Below are positions 37,240-47,091 of a DNA stretch of 64,000 nucleotides, in pieces. Every line of letters starts with the position of its first letter. Position 1 is the first letter of the stretch. Below the pieces are notes generated by a model. The model saw nothing but the letters and a program-made list of their open reading frames with translations. It made no database searches and was not told the origin of the DNA. Both the position numbers and the translations under genes were made by a program. Source of the stretch: Dehalococcoidia bacterium (GTDB taxonomy: Bacteria; Chloroflexota; Dehalococcoidia; Bin125); the NCBI GenBank assembly GCA_963663895.2, contig CAXXRD010000001.1, forward strand, positions 32,001-96,000. The letters run 5' to 3'.

Positions 37240-38124
37240 TCACAACAACAGCCGCTTCGGTGCGCCGCCCGGCTGACGGCGGAAGTTCTCGATTAAGAGA
37301 TGCTGCCGTCCTTGTTTTTGGATCCAACTCCCGCGACAGCGGTCGCGACGGTTCAGCAGCATCTCTCCTTTGCGAGCGAGCCGATGGTACTGCTCGCGAT
37401 CCTCGGACTCCACCGCGAACAACTCACGGCCGATCGCGAACCGTAACTGATGCTCCCGGATCGTGATCTGCCATCCGCTCAGCAGCTGTGCCCAGCCGAA
37501 GTGGAAGGATTGGTCACCCCAGTGAACGGCGATCCGCTGCCGGTTCGATTCCGGCGCCACCGCAAGCGCCGACGCACCGAAGTGGGGCCGGGCCAGCTCC
37601 GCTGCCGCGCGGTAGACGCTCCCCAGCGATTCAGACATCGCGAGCTGTTGGCCCGCCATGTACTGCCCCATCCCCACCGCTGTAGCCGCCCCTTCCGCAT
37701 CGGCCAGGAAACCGTCCCGCAGCCAAGCTGCATACTCGCGCTGCTCACGCCCCACTACTGCCTGCTCCGCTGCGAGCCACTCGAGCGACGCTCTCGTCAA
37801 CGGCGGGCAGACGGGATAGGCACCCCACGTCGTTGCGCGCAACAGCTCCTGTCCGGCCGTGTACACGCGTGACCAGAGAAGCAGCGCGGCGCCGTATCGG
37901 TGGTTGCGCAGCCTGCTGCCGGTGCTGGCCGCGACGACGGCGTGCTCGAGAGCGAGTGCCTCTTGGATCCAGGCGATCTCCTCGCGGAGCGCGAAGCCGC
38001 ATTGCCGAAACGCATCCCGCACCGCCGCCGGCTGCGAGTCGTCTGGGATGGGAAGGAGGGGCGGATCCGGAACGGAGATCGGAGCGACCCGCTGTGGAGG
38101 CGGATCGAGATCGGAGCCGCTCAC
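37240..38124 (-). CDS. Hypothetical protein
   Basis: 294-aa ORF co-oriented between eno and gap, ending just before the gap RBS. Confidence 0.7.
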   Translation of the reverse strand: MSGSDLDPPPQRVAPISVPDPPLLPIPDDSQPAAVRDAFRQCGFALREEIAWIQEALALEHAVVAASTGSRLRNHRYGAALLLWSRVYTAGQELLRATTWGAYPVCPPLTRASLEWLAAEQAVVGREQREYAAWLRDGFLADAEGAATAVGMGQYMAGQQLAMSESLGSVYRAAAELARPHFGASALAVAPESNRQRIAVHWGDQSFHFGWAQLLSGWQITIREHQLRFAIGRELFAVESEDREQYHRLARKGEMLLNRRDRCRGSWIQKQGRQHLLIENFRRQPGGAPKRLLL

Positions 38125-38581
38125 GACCTCGATCCGTCCGTTGCCGCGATCAGGGGATCATCCATCCACCAGCCCCAGCCCTTGGGGCCAGAATTCAAAG
38201 CCGGGTGAGCGATCGCTCGGAGGATGTCATGCGCATGCATCACGCCCCAGGGGCTCCAGACCTGTCGCCGGAGCCAGCTGGGAACTGTGCTCTCGCAGAC
38301 CAACGATCGCTTGGACACGAAAGCATCCGCCCGCTCGCGCTCTCGGACAGGAAGGGGAGCATTGGTATTGCCTCCCCGCGACGCACTTCCGTCTTGGCCG
38401 ACGGCGATTCGATCATGCGTGCGGCACGAGTGCAAGCGCTCTGCGACGGCCGGCACGCGCTCCATGCCAGCCTACTGGCCGGGAGCGGCGGCTCGAACAT
38501 CGCGCAGTTGGTCTCGACGGCCTCGGCGCTCATCGTGGATGCATGCGTCCATGCCACTCCTTTATGTGCGTGGGGTGACCT

Positions 38582-39916
<1,335 letters not shown>

Positions 39917-39958
39917 TCACAAGAGCAGCCTCGGAACACAGGTCGTCCTGATACCTGA

Positions 39959-40894
39959 TCAGTGCGCTCGGGGATGCGCCTTGTCGTACACCTCACGTAC
40001 GTGAGCATCCGTAAGCTGCGTGTAGACCTGGGTTGTGGAGATGTTGGCATGCCCAAGCATCTCCTGAACGTTCCGCAGCGGAGCCCCGCCTCGGAGCATG
40101 TGCGTCGCGAAGGAGTGGCGCAGCGTGTGCGGAGTCACATCGCTGGTGATCTTGGCCGCCTTGGCGTAGTTCTTGAGGATCAGCCAAAAGCCCTGGCGCG
40201 TGAGTCGCTCGCCGCGGCGGTTAATGAACAGCGCCCGTTCCTTGCGAACGCGGACGAGATCGGGGCGGGCCTCCTCGAGGTAGATCCGCAGGGCGATGAC
40301 GGCCTGCTCGTGAATCGGGATCAGGCGCTCCTTGCTACTCTTACCGATGCAGCGCACCGTGGCCCGGTTGTTGTGGAGCTCGATCGATTCCAGATTGAGC
40401 GCCACCAACTCGCTGACCCGCATGCCCGTCGCGTAGAGGAGCTCGATCATCGCCTTGTCACGCTGGGCTTCCGGAGTGGAGCGCTTGCTCGGCTGCTCCA
40501 GCAGCTCGTCAACCTCCCGCACGGAAAGCGCTTTCGGCAAGGATCTGCCTACGCGGGGCGACGACAGCGTCTCCGTCGGATCGCTGTCCACGACGCCTTC
40601 AGCCGTCAAGTAGTTAAAGAAGCTCTTCACCGCCGCCACTTTCCGAGCGACGGTAGCATCCGCGTAGTCCTTGGCGCGCATCTCCCGGATGTAGTCCTGC
40701 AGGAGGTCGGCGTTCACGGATCCCCAGAGCGCCGTCGATTTGCCGTTGGGCCGCACGTCGTGCAGGTAGCTGCCGAACTGCTGAAGGTCGTTGCGATAGG
40801 CCGAGATGGTGTTGGCGGACGCGCCCTTTTCCACGGACATGAAGCTGAGGAACTGGTGGACATCATGGTCCATCACTGCGCTGCGGTCGGTCAT
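39959..40894 (-). CDS. xerD: Tyrosine recombinase XerD
   Basis: LYATGMRVSEL, LTRQGFW, TPHTLRHSFATH, LGHANISTTQVYT. Confidence 0.93.
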   Translation of the reverse strand: MTDRSAVMDHDVHQFLSFMSVEKGASANTISAYRNDLQQFGSYLHDVRPNGKSTALWGSVNADLLQDYIREMRAKDYADATVARKVAAVKSFFNYLTAEGVVDSDPTETLSSPRVGRSLPKALSVREVDELLEQPSKRSTPEAQRDKAMIELLYATGMRVSELVALNLESIELHNNRATVRCIGKSSKERLIPIHEQAVIALRIYLEEARPDLVRVRKERALFINRRGERLTRQGFWLILKNYAKAAKITSDVTPHTLRHSFATHMLRGGAPLRNVQEMLGHANISTTQVYTQLTDAHVREVYDKAHPRAH

Positions 40895-41209
40895 GTCAGC
40901 TCACCATCATCAGTGGGGTTGGGAAGACGATAGCGGGATGATAGAAAGAGGCCCGCCGCCGCTTCAAGCCTCTTCAAGGCGATGTGCACCGCCCATCCAC
41001 TATTTTTCCCCGAAAATTCGTTTCCCCGGAAATCGATTGTTACTTGGGACCAACCCTTTCGTACGGCGGGGGCGGAGTCCGCCGCAATCGTCCGTTCGAC
41101 GGCCGCGAAGGCAGCGTGAAGGCAGCGGGCTCTCTCCGGCCGAGTAGCGCTGGGAGGCGGCGGCGGCCGCTTCGTCGGCGGAGAGCGCCGATCACCGCCG
41201 GAAAACGCC

Positions 41210-43060
41210 TCACAGGCGCTCCTTCACTTTCTCCGCAAGACGCCGCGTCATCCCGTCCGTATCGGCGATCTCGCCGGCGTCGGCCTCTCGTATCGCCTGG
41301 ATCGTGCCGAATTTCCGCAACAAAGCCTTCTTGCGCTTGGGCCCCACGCCCGGCACGGCGTCGAGTGCGCTGGCTCGGGCTCGACTCTTTCGCAAACCGC
41401 GATGGTACGTGATGGCGAATCGATGCGCCTCATCGCGCACCCGCTGAAGCAGGTACAGCCCCTGTGATCGCCGATCCAAGCGGATCGGCTCTCCCATGTC
41501 GGCGACGAAGATCTCCTCTTCGCGCTTGGCCAGCCCTACCGCCGGCAGCTCGGGCAAACCGAGGTCTCTCAGCACGTCGAGCGCCGCCGACAGCTGTCCC
41601 TTGCCGCCGTCGACCACCACGAGGTCTGGGCGGCTTCCCCAGCCTGCGTCGGGCTGCGGGGAGGCACCGGCTTCGCTTGGCTCGCGGGTTGTCGCCAAGC
41701 GCTTGAAGCGCCGCCGCAGCACCTCCGCCATCGAGGCAAAGTCGTCGCCGCCCGCGGCCGTCTTGATCTTGAAGCGGCGATACTCCGACTTTGCGGGGTT
41801 ACCGTCCAGGAACACCACCATGCTCGCCGCAGGATCCGATCCGCGAATGTTCGAGATGTCGTAGCATTCGATCCGATGGGGCGTGCGAGGAAGGCTCAAC
41901 GCCTCCTCCAGCTCCTCCATCGCGGCCGTCGTTTTGCCGCGATCCGTCATCCACTTCACGCGCAACATGGTGAGCGCTTCTTGCGCGTTGTAGTTGGCCA
42001 TCGCCACCAGCCGGCGCTTCTCGCCGCGCTTCGGTACCCGCAGCTCCACGGGGCCCTCCCGTTTGGCGCTCAGCCAGCCGGCCAGCAGATCCGTCTCCTC
42101 GATCGGCACAGGGAGCAGCACCAGCCTGGGGACCCGGGGAGCGCTCTCGTAGAACTGCTTGAGGAACGACTGCAAGACCTCCGCAGGCGCCTCGTCCGTT
42201 GCTCCGGCTAGGGCGTAGTGGTCGCGGCCCGTCATCTTCGTGCCCCGCACGAAGAACACTTGCGCCACCGCGTCGTTCCCATCCTGGGCCAGACCGAAGA
42301 CATCGATATCGGCCTGTGTGGTCGTCGCGGTGAGCTGCGCCTCCGTCACCCGGCGGACGGACGCGAGCTGGTCGCGCAGCTGGGCTGCCCGCTCATATTC
42401 CAGGCTCGCTGCCGCAGCGCGCATCTCTTGCTCCAGCGCCCGTTCGACGGCCGTCGTGCGCCCTTCGAGAAAGAGGATCACTTGGTCGATGACCGCTCGG
42501 TACTCTTCCGCCGTGCAGTACGAGGTGCACGGTGCGATGCAGCGCTGGATGTAATAGTCCAAGCAGGGCCGCGGGTCGGTTCCGGTGATGGTCTTCGTGC
42601 AGGAGCGCCAGGGGAACAGCTTCTTCACCAAGGCCAGCGTCGTCCGCACCGATCCGGCGCTGGCGTAGGGCCCAAAGTAGCGCGCGCCGTCGCTCTCGAC
42701 GCGGCGCGTGATGTACACCCGTGGCCAGGGCTCGTGCACGTCGATCTTGAGATAGGGATAGTGTTTATCGTCCTTGAGACGCACGTTGTAAAAGGGCTGG
42801 TGCCGCTTGACCAGCGTCGCCTCCAGATGCAGCGCCTCTTGCTCCGTGCTGGTGATGATGTACTCGAAGTCGGCGATGCGCCTGACGAGGTTCCGCGTCT
42901 TGCCCTCCAGGGCGCGCGGCGAGCCGAAGTACGAGCGCACCCGCGCCCGTAGGCTCGCCGCCTTGCCGACGTAGAGGATCTCCCCGCGCGCGTTGCGGAA
43001 GATGTAGACGCCCGGTCTATCGGGCAAGGCCCGCCCACGCGTCGCTAGATCTTCGGACAT
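41210..43060 (-). CDS. uvrC: Excinuclease ABC subunit C
   Basis: GIY-YIG (PGVYIF...LYVGKA), IECYDIS, VDGGKGQ, RDEAHRFA, HhH. Confidence 0.97.
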   Translation of the reverse strand: MSEDLATRGRALPDRPGVYIFRNARGEILYVGKAASLRARVRSYFGSPRALEGKTRNLVRRIADFEYIITSTEQEALHLEATLVKRHQPFYNVRLKDDKHYPYLKIDVHEPWPRVYITRRVESDGARYFGPYASAGSVRTTLALVKKLFPWRSCTKTITGTDPRPCLDYYIQRCIAPCTSYCTAEEYRAVIDQVILFLEGRTTAVERALEQEMRAAAASLEYERAAQLRDQLASVRRVTEAQLTATTTQADIDVFGLAQDGNDAVAQVFFVRGTKMTGRDHYALAGATDEAPAEVLQSFLKQFYESAPRVPRLVLLPVPIEETDLLAGWLSAKREGPVELRVPKRGEKRRLVAMANYNAQEALTMLRVKWMTDRGKTTAAMEELEEALSLPRTPHRIECYDISNIRGSDPAASMVVFLDGNPAKSEYRRFKIKTAAGGDDFASMAEVLRRRFKRLATTREPSEAGASPQPDAGWGSRPDLVVVDGGKGQLSAALDVLRDLGLPELPAVGLAKREEEIFVADMGEPIRLDRRSQGLYLLQRVRDEAHRFAITYHRGLRKSRARASALDAVPGVGPKRKKALLRKFGTIQAIREADAGEIADTDGMTRRLAEKVKERL

Positions 43061-43269
43061 CCCGGTTTCAAGATACTCCGTTTATTCGCGGCGCAGGCGC
43101 TTTGGCGCACGGGTCCGCAGTCCGTCCGCGAAGCCGTGCGGGATTGCCACTGGTTATCGGCGGACCTTGTCCGCTGCCGGCGAAGAACAGCCCTGCAAAC
43201 CCGGACGAGGGCGCCTGCGATCCGTCCCGGTCGGGCCTGTGGGAGTCAGAACGGCGTGAGTCCAGGAGA

Positions 43270-43346
43270 TGGCGCGCTCGGCGGGATTCGAACCCACGAC
43301 CTCTGCCTCCGCAGGGCAGCGCTCTAATCCACTGAGCTACGAGCGC
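43270..43346 (-). tRNA. tRNA-Arg(GCG)
   Basis: Anticodon arm CTGCC-CTGCGGA-GGCAG; acceptor GCGCTCG/CGAGCGC-GCCA. Confidence 0.92.
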
Positions 43347-43415
43347 GCGGTACGATCGTCGCAGATGCGGACGCGGCGGGCTACCGCCGGCCCTTGCACC
43401 CTTGAAAAAAGAGGG

Positions 43416-43501
43416 TGGTGCCGAAGGGGAGATTTGAACTCCCACGCCCTTGCGGGCACTGCGTCCTGAACGCAGCGCGTCTGCCATTCCGCCACTTCGG
43501 C
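43416..43501 (-). tRNA. tRNA-Leu(CAG)
   Basis: Long variable arm; loop TTCAGGA. Confidence 0.95.
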
Positions 43502-43509
43502 GCGAACCC

Positions 43510-43586
43510 TGGTGGGCGATGGAGGACTTGAACCTCCGACCTTCCGGATGTGAACCGGACGCTCTGGCCAGCTGAGCTAATCGCCC
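43510..43586 (-). tRNA. tRNA-Val(CAC)
   Basis: Loop TTCACAT; GGGCGAT acceptor stem. Confidence 0.94.
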
Positions 43587-43618
43587 GAGACGGACCCTCT
43601 TCGGTTGTGTGGGGGGTG

Positions 43619-43694
43619 TGGTAGCAGCGGCAGGACTCGAACCTGCGACACGGGGCTTATGAGTCCCCTGCTCTGCCAACTGAGCTACGCTGCC
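43619..43694 (-). tRNA. tRNA-Met(CAT), probably elongator
   Basis: GGCAGCG acceptor, loop CTCATAA; lacks the initiator C1:A72 mismatch; Ile2 not fully excluded. Confidence 0.88.
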
Positions 43695-43940
43695 CCGCCT
43701 CCGGCAGCGACCCGTGAGCGATGCTAAGTTCGCGCAAAAAGGCGGTCAACGAGACGACGCCCCCGGGACGCTGCGGGGAACCCCTAACGATCCAAAGTAT
43801 ACCCGCCGCGCGTAACTCAAGCAGTGGCCCCGGCGGCGGAGCCGGCTTGGCAGCGCGGGAGGGGCGGAGGACGCTATGACTTGGGACTGGGCGGGCCCGG
43901 ACTCCGCGATTCCGTCCCGCTGACGACGAGTGCGATCCGA

Positions 43941-45131
43941 ATGTCCTTCCCCGCATCTCTCCCATCGAAGCTCTGGCGCTTTCTCGCCGGGTTCGAGTTC
44001 ACGATCCTCAAGCGGCCCGCCGGCCCGGGGCAGGCGGCGGTCAGACTCGCGACCGTCGCCGCCATCGTCGCGGCAGTCCTCGTTCCCATTCTCCTCTTGG
44101 AACCCGACGGCGCCGACGTCCGCGCGATCGCCGGCGAGCAGTTTCTCGCCGACCTGGAAGAGCTCGACACTCTCACGGAACAGATCGCGGCTCTCAAAGA
44201 CGATGCCGCCGCCGGCCGGGAGCGGGCGACCTTGGAAGCACGTGCCGCCGAGCTGACCGAGCGGACCCAGCTGGGCTACCTGCCGCGCGAGGGCGACGCC
44301 CCCCAGGTCGGCGCCCTCGCGCCCGACTTCCGGCTCCTGGATCTCGACGGCATCCCGGTCCGGCTTCGCGAGGTTGGCACTCCCGCGGTTGTGAACTTCT
44401 GGGCTTCCTGGTGCACGTTCTGCATTGAGGAGATGCCGGACTTCCAGCGCGTGCACGCGCTCGCGGGCGACGACGTCACCATCATCGGCATCAACCGGGC
44501 GGAGCCGCTGCCCGTCGTGCGGCGCTTCGCCGACGAGACGGGCGCCACATACGCGCTGGTGCTCGATACCGAGGACGAGCTGGGCGGCGTCTACCGCGTG
44601 ATCGGCATGCCGACCACGCTCTACATCGGCACCGACGGACGGGTCGCGGAGATGCGGATCGGCTTCACGACTTTCGATCAGATCCGTGAATCCGTCGAGC
44701 GCATTACCGGCGAGCGGTTGGCGGCCGACACGCCCGTGGACGCGGGCTACGGCGAGCGCGTCCGCGACCTGATCGACTCCCAGCGCGCCAACCACGCCGT
44801 GGCCGGCGACCTCTTCGCCCGCTTCGCGATCGAGCCGGGGCTGGACGGCGACGTGGTCTGGCAGCGCAACGTCATCGGGCAGGCGCGCGCCTGGCTCGTC
44901 AATCTGCGCGCCCTCCAAGCGCTCGCCCCATCCGGGACCGCGGCGGCGGCGCATCGGGACCTCGTCGATTCCCTGCTGCCGATCGAGACGGCGGCCGCCC
45001 TCTTCGAGGCCGCGATCGACGCGGGCGACGCCGGGCGGATCGCGCGAGGGATCGCCCTCTTCGAGCAGGCGCTCCCCGCTTTCAATGACGCTGCCGCTAC
45101 CCTGCTTGCGGTCCTCGGCCCCGGCCGGTGA
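43941..45131 (+). CDS. Membrane-anchored TlpA/ResA-like thiol-disulfide oxidoreductase with helical C-terminal extension
   Basis: APDFRL, VVNFWASWCTFC, GMPTT; N-terminal TM. Confidence 0.85.
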   Translation: MSFPASLPSKLWRFLAGFEFTILKRPAGPGQAAVRLATVAAIVAAVLVPILLLEPDGADVRAIAGEQFLADLEELDTLTEQIAALKDDAAAGRERATLEARAAELTERTQLGYLPREGDAPQVGALAPDFRLLDLDGIPVRLREVGTPAVVNFWASWCTFCIEEMPDFQRVHALAGDDVTIIGINRAEPLPVVRRFADETGATYALVLDTEDELGGVYRVIGMPTTLYIGTDGRVAEMRIGFTTFDQIRESVERITGERLAADTPVDAGYGERVRDLIDSQRANHAVAGDLFARFAIEPGLDGDVVWQRNVIGQARAWLVNLRALQALAPSGTAAAAHRDLVDSLLPIETAAALFEAAIDAGDAGRIARGIALFEQALPAFNDAAATLLAVLGPGR

Positions 45132-45221
45132 CCCGCCGGCACGCTGGGCCGCTCTTCTCGAACGCGCCCCGGCGTGCCACGATGATCCCGGCTCGTAACG
45201 CGAAGCGGGCCGAGGAAGCTC

Positions 45222-45298
45222 GGGCGATTAGCTCAGATGGCAAGAGCATCCGGTTTACACCCGGAAGGTCGGAGGTTCGAGTCCCCCATCGCCCACCA
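45222..45298 (+). tRNA. tRNA-Val(TAC)
   Basis: TCCGG-TTTACAC-CCGGA arm, CCA end. Confidence 0.95.
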
Positions 45299-45508
45299 GT
45301 TCATAGCTAAGGCCTGCGGGGACTCGAATTCCCCCGTCATGGCGTACGACTGAGATTCTCCTAAGGCACCGGATCCCCATATGGCTACAGTGGACGATGG
45401 CGACGCCCTGAAGATGCCGTATCGCAAGATCGTCAAGCGGCGACTGCGGGTCAGGTCCTTGCCGACGCATGGGACGCGGACGACGAGCCGCTTTCGAGAA
45501 GAGGATTC

Positions 45509-46327
45509 TCAGGCGTGGGCTCTGCGCCTAAACAAGGCGACCAGGACGAATATCCCGCTTGCGATCAGGGTCATGGCGGGACCGGCGGGCAGGTTGAAGT
45601 AGTAGGAGACATAGAGGCCCGTCACGGCGGCCGCGGTCCCCATCACGGCGGCCGCCACCATCATCGGGACGAACCGTCTGACCAGCAGGTAGGCCGTGGC
45701 GGCGGGCGTGACCAGCATCGCCATGACGAGAACGATGCCCGCCGCCTGAATCCCGATCACGATCACAAGGGCGAGCATGACCAGCAGCACGTAGTCGACG
45801 AAGCTGGTGCGCCGGTCGAACACCTGCGACCCCACCGGATCAAAGCTCGTGAACAGCAGCCAGTGGTGCAGCGTGAAGAGCCCCAGGATGACCAGCACGG
45901 TGATCCCGAGGGAGATGTAGATGCCGGTCGGCGTCAGGGCCAGGACTTGCCCCAGGAGTAGGTCCTCCATATCGATGCGAATCGTTGCGGAAGTGGCCAG
46001 CATGACCAGTCCCAGGGCGAACATGGCCGCGAAAAGAATGCCGATGGACGTATCCGTGCTGAGGCCCGCCCGCCGGCTCACCGTCCGGACCAGCGTGGCC
46101 ACGGTCACCCCCGTGGGGACGGCGGCGATGGCCGGGTTGATGCCGACGAGGAACCCCAGCACCATGCCCGGCAGCACGGCGTGGGCGAGCGCGTCCCCGA
46201 GGAAGGCGAGGTTCCGGGTGACGACGTAGGCGCCGACCAGCGGACACATCACGCCCACAAGGATCGAGCCGATGAGGGCTCGCACCATGAAGCCGTACTG
46301 AAGCGGATCGACGATGAAATCGATCAC
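45509..46327 (-). CDS. Zn/Mn ABC transporter permease
   Basis: FLGDALAHAVLPG, LVTPAATA; translationally coupled to the ATPase. Confidence 0.93.
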   Translation of the reverse strand: MIDFIVDPLQYGFMVRALIGSILVGVMCPLVGAYVVTRNLAFLGDALAHAVLPGMVLGFLVGINPAIAAVPTGVTVATLVRTVSRRAGLSTDTSIGILFAAMFALGLVMLATSATIRIDMEDLLLGQVLALTPTGIYISLGITVLVILGLFTLHHWLLFTSFDPVGSQVFDRRTSFVDYVLLVMLALVIVIGIQAAGIVLVMAMLVTPAATAYLLVRRFVPMMVAAAVMGTAAAVTGLYVSYYFNLPAGPAMTLIASGIFVLVALFRRRAHA

Positions 46328-47091
46328 GCCGTCTTGCTGTCGGCCTTTTCCACTGTGAGGCGCATCCCGTGGGCGCCGTACAGCTCCTCCATGACCTCGG
46401 AGGTGAACACCTGGTCGGGAGGGCCACAGGCGCACACATGGCGGTTCAGGCACAGGACCTGGTCGAAGCGGCCGGCCAGGTTGGTGAGGTCGTGGGTCGC
46501 CACCAGGATGATGCGCCCTTCATCCCGCAGTGTTTGGAGGACATCGACGAGATCCTCCTGGGCGCCGACGTCGACGCCGCTGAAGGCCTCATCCAGGAGA
46601 AGCACGCTGGCCTCCTGGGCCAGCGCCCGGGCGACGAATACCCGCTGCCTCTCCCCTCCAGAGAGCTCCGTCATGAGAGCCGCGCGGTGATCCCACAGGC
46701 CCACGCGGCCCAGGCAGGCGTTGACAAGCTCCCGGTCCCGCTTGCCGGGCCGCCGGAACCACCCCAGTCGGCAGCACCGGCCCATCATGACCACGTCCAT
46801 CACGCTCACGGGAAAGCGCCAGTTGACGCTCTCGCGTTGAGGCACGTAGGCCAGCTCGCCGCTCCCCTGGTCCACCCGGTGAAGGGTGACCTTCCCCCGG
46901 CGGACCGGGAGGAGCCCGGCAATCGCATTGAACAGGGTGCTCTTGCCGGCTCCGTTCGGTCCGACGACGCCCATCAGCGTCCCCGCGTCGACCTCGAAGG
47001 TGACGTTGCTCAGGGCCATGTGCCCGTCGAGCTCGACCGCCACGTCCTCAATCGACATGCTCGCGCTGTGGGCGCCCGGACCGGTGCTCAC
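46324..47091 (-). CDS. Zn/Mn ABC transporter ATP-binding protein
   Basis: GPNGAGKST, YVPQR, LSGGERQR, LLDE. Confidence 0.95.
   Translation of the reverse strand: MSTGPGAHSASMSIEDVAVELDGHMALSNVTFEVDAGTLMGVVGPNGAGKSTLFNAIAGLLPVRRGKVTLHRVDQGSGELAYVPQRESVNWRFPVSVMDVVMMGRCCRLGWFRRPGKRDRELVNACLGRVGLWDHRAALMTELSGGERQRVFVARALAQEASVLLLDEAFSGVDVGAQEDLVDVLQTLRDEGRIILVATHDLTNLAGRFDQVLCLNRHVCACGPPDQVFTSEVMEELYGAHGMRLTVEKADSKTA

Noticed and set aside
39959-40894. xerD as a prophage or island integrase
   Set aside because: Typical chromosomal XerD motifs among housekeeping genes, with no phage genes nearby.
43061-43269. Possible cobalamin riboswitch or 6S RNA between tRNA-Arg and uvrC
   Set aside because: Only a short GCCACTG match, on the wrong strand for uvrC; no B12 box or long 6S-like hairpin recognisable.
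43068-43679. 203-aa minus-strand ORF
   Set aside because: Overlaps four tRNA genes; translation artefact.
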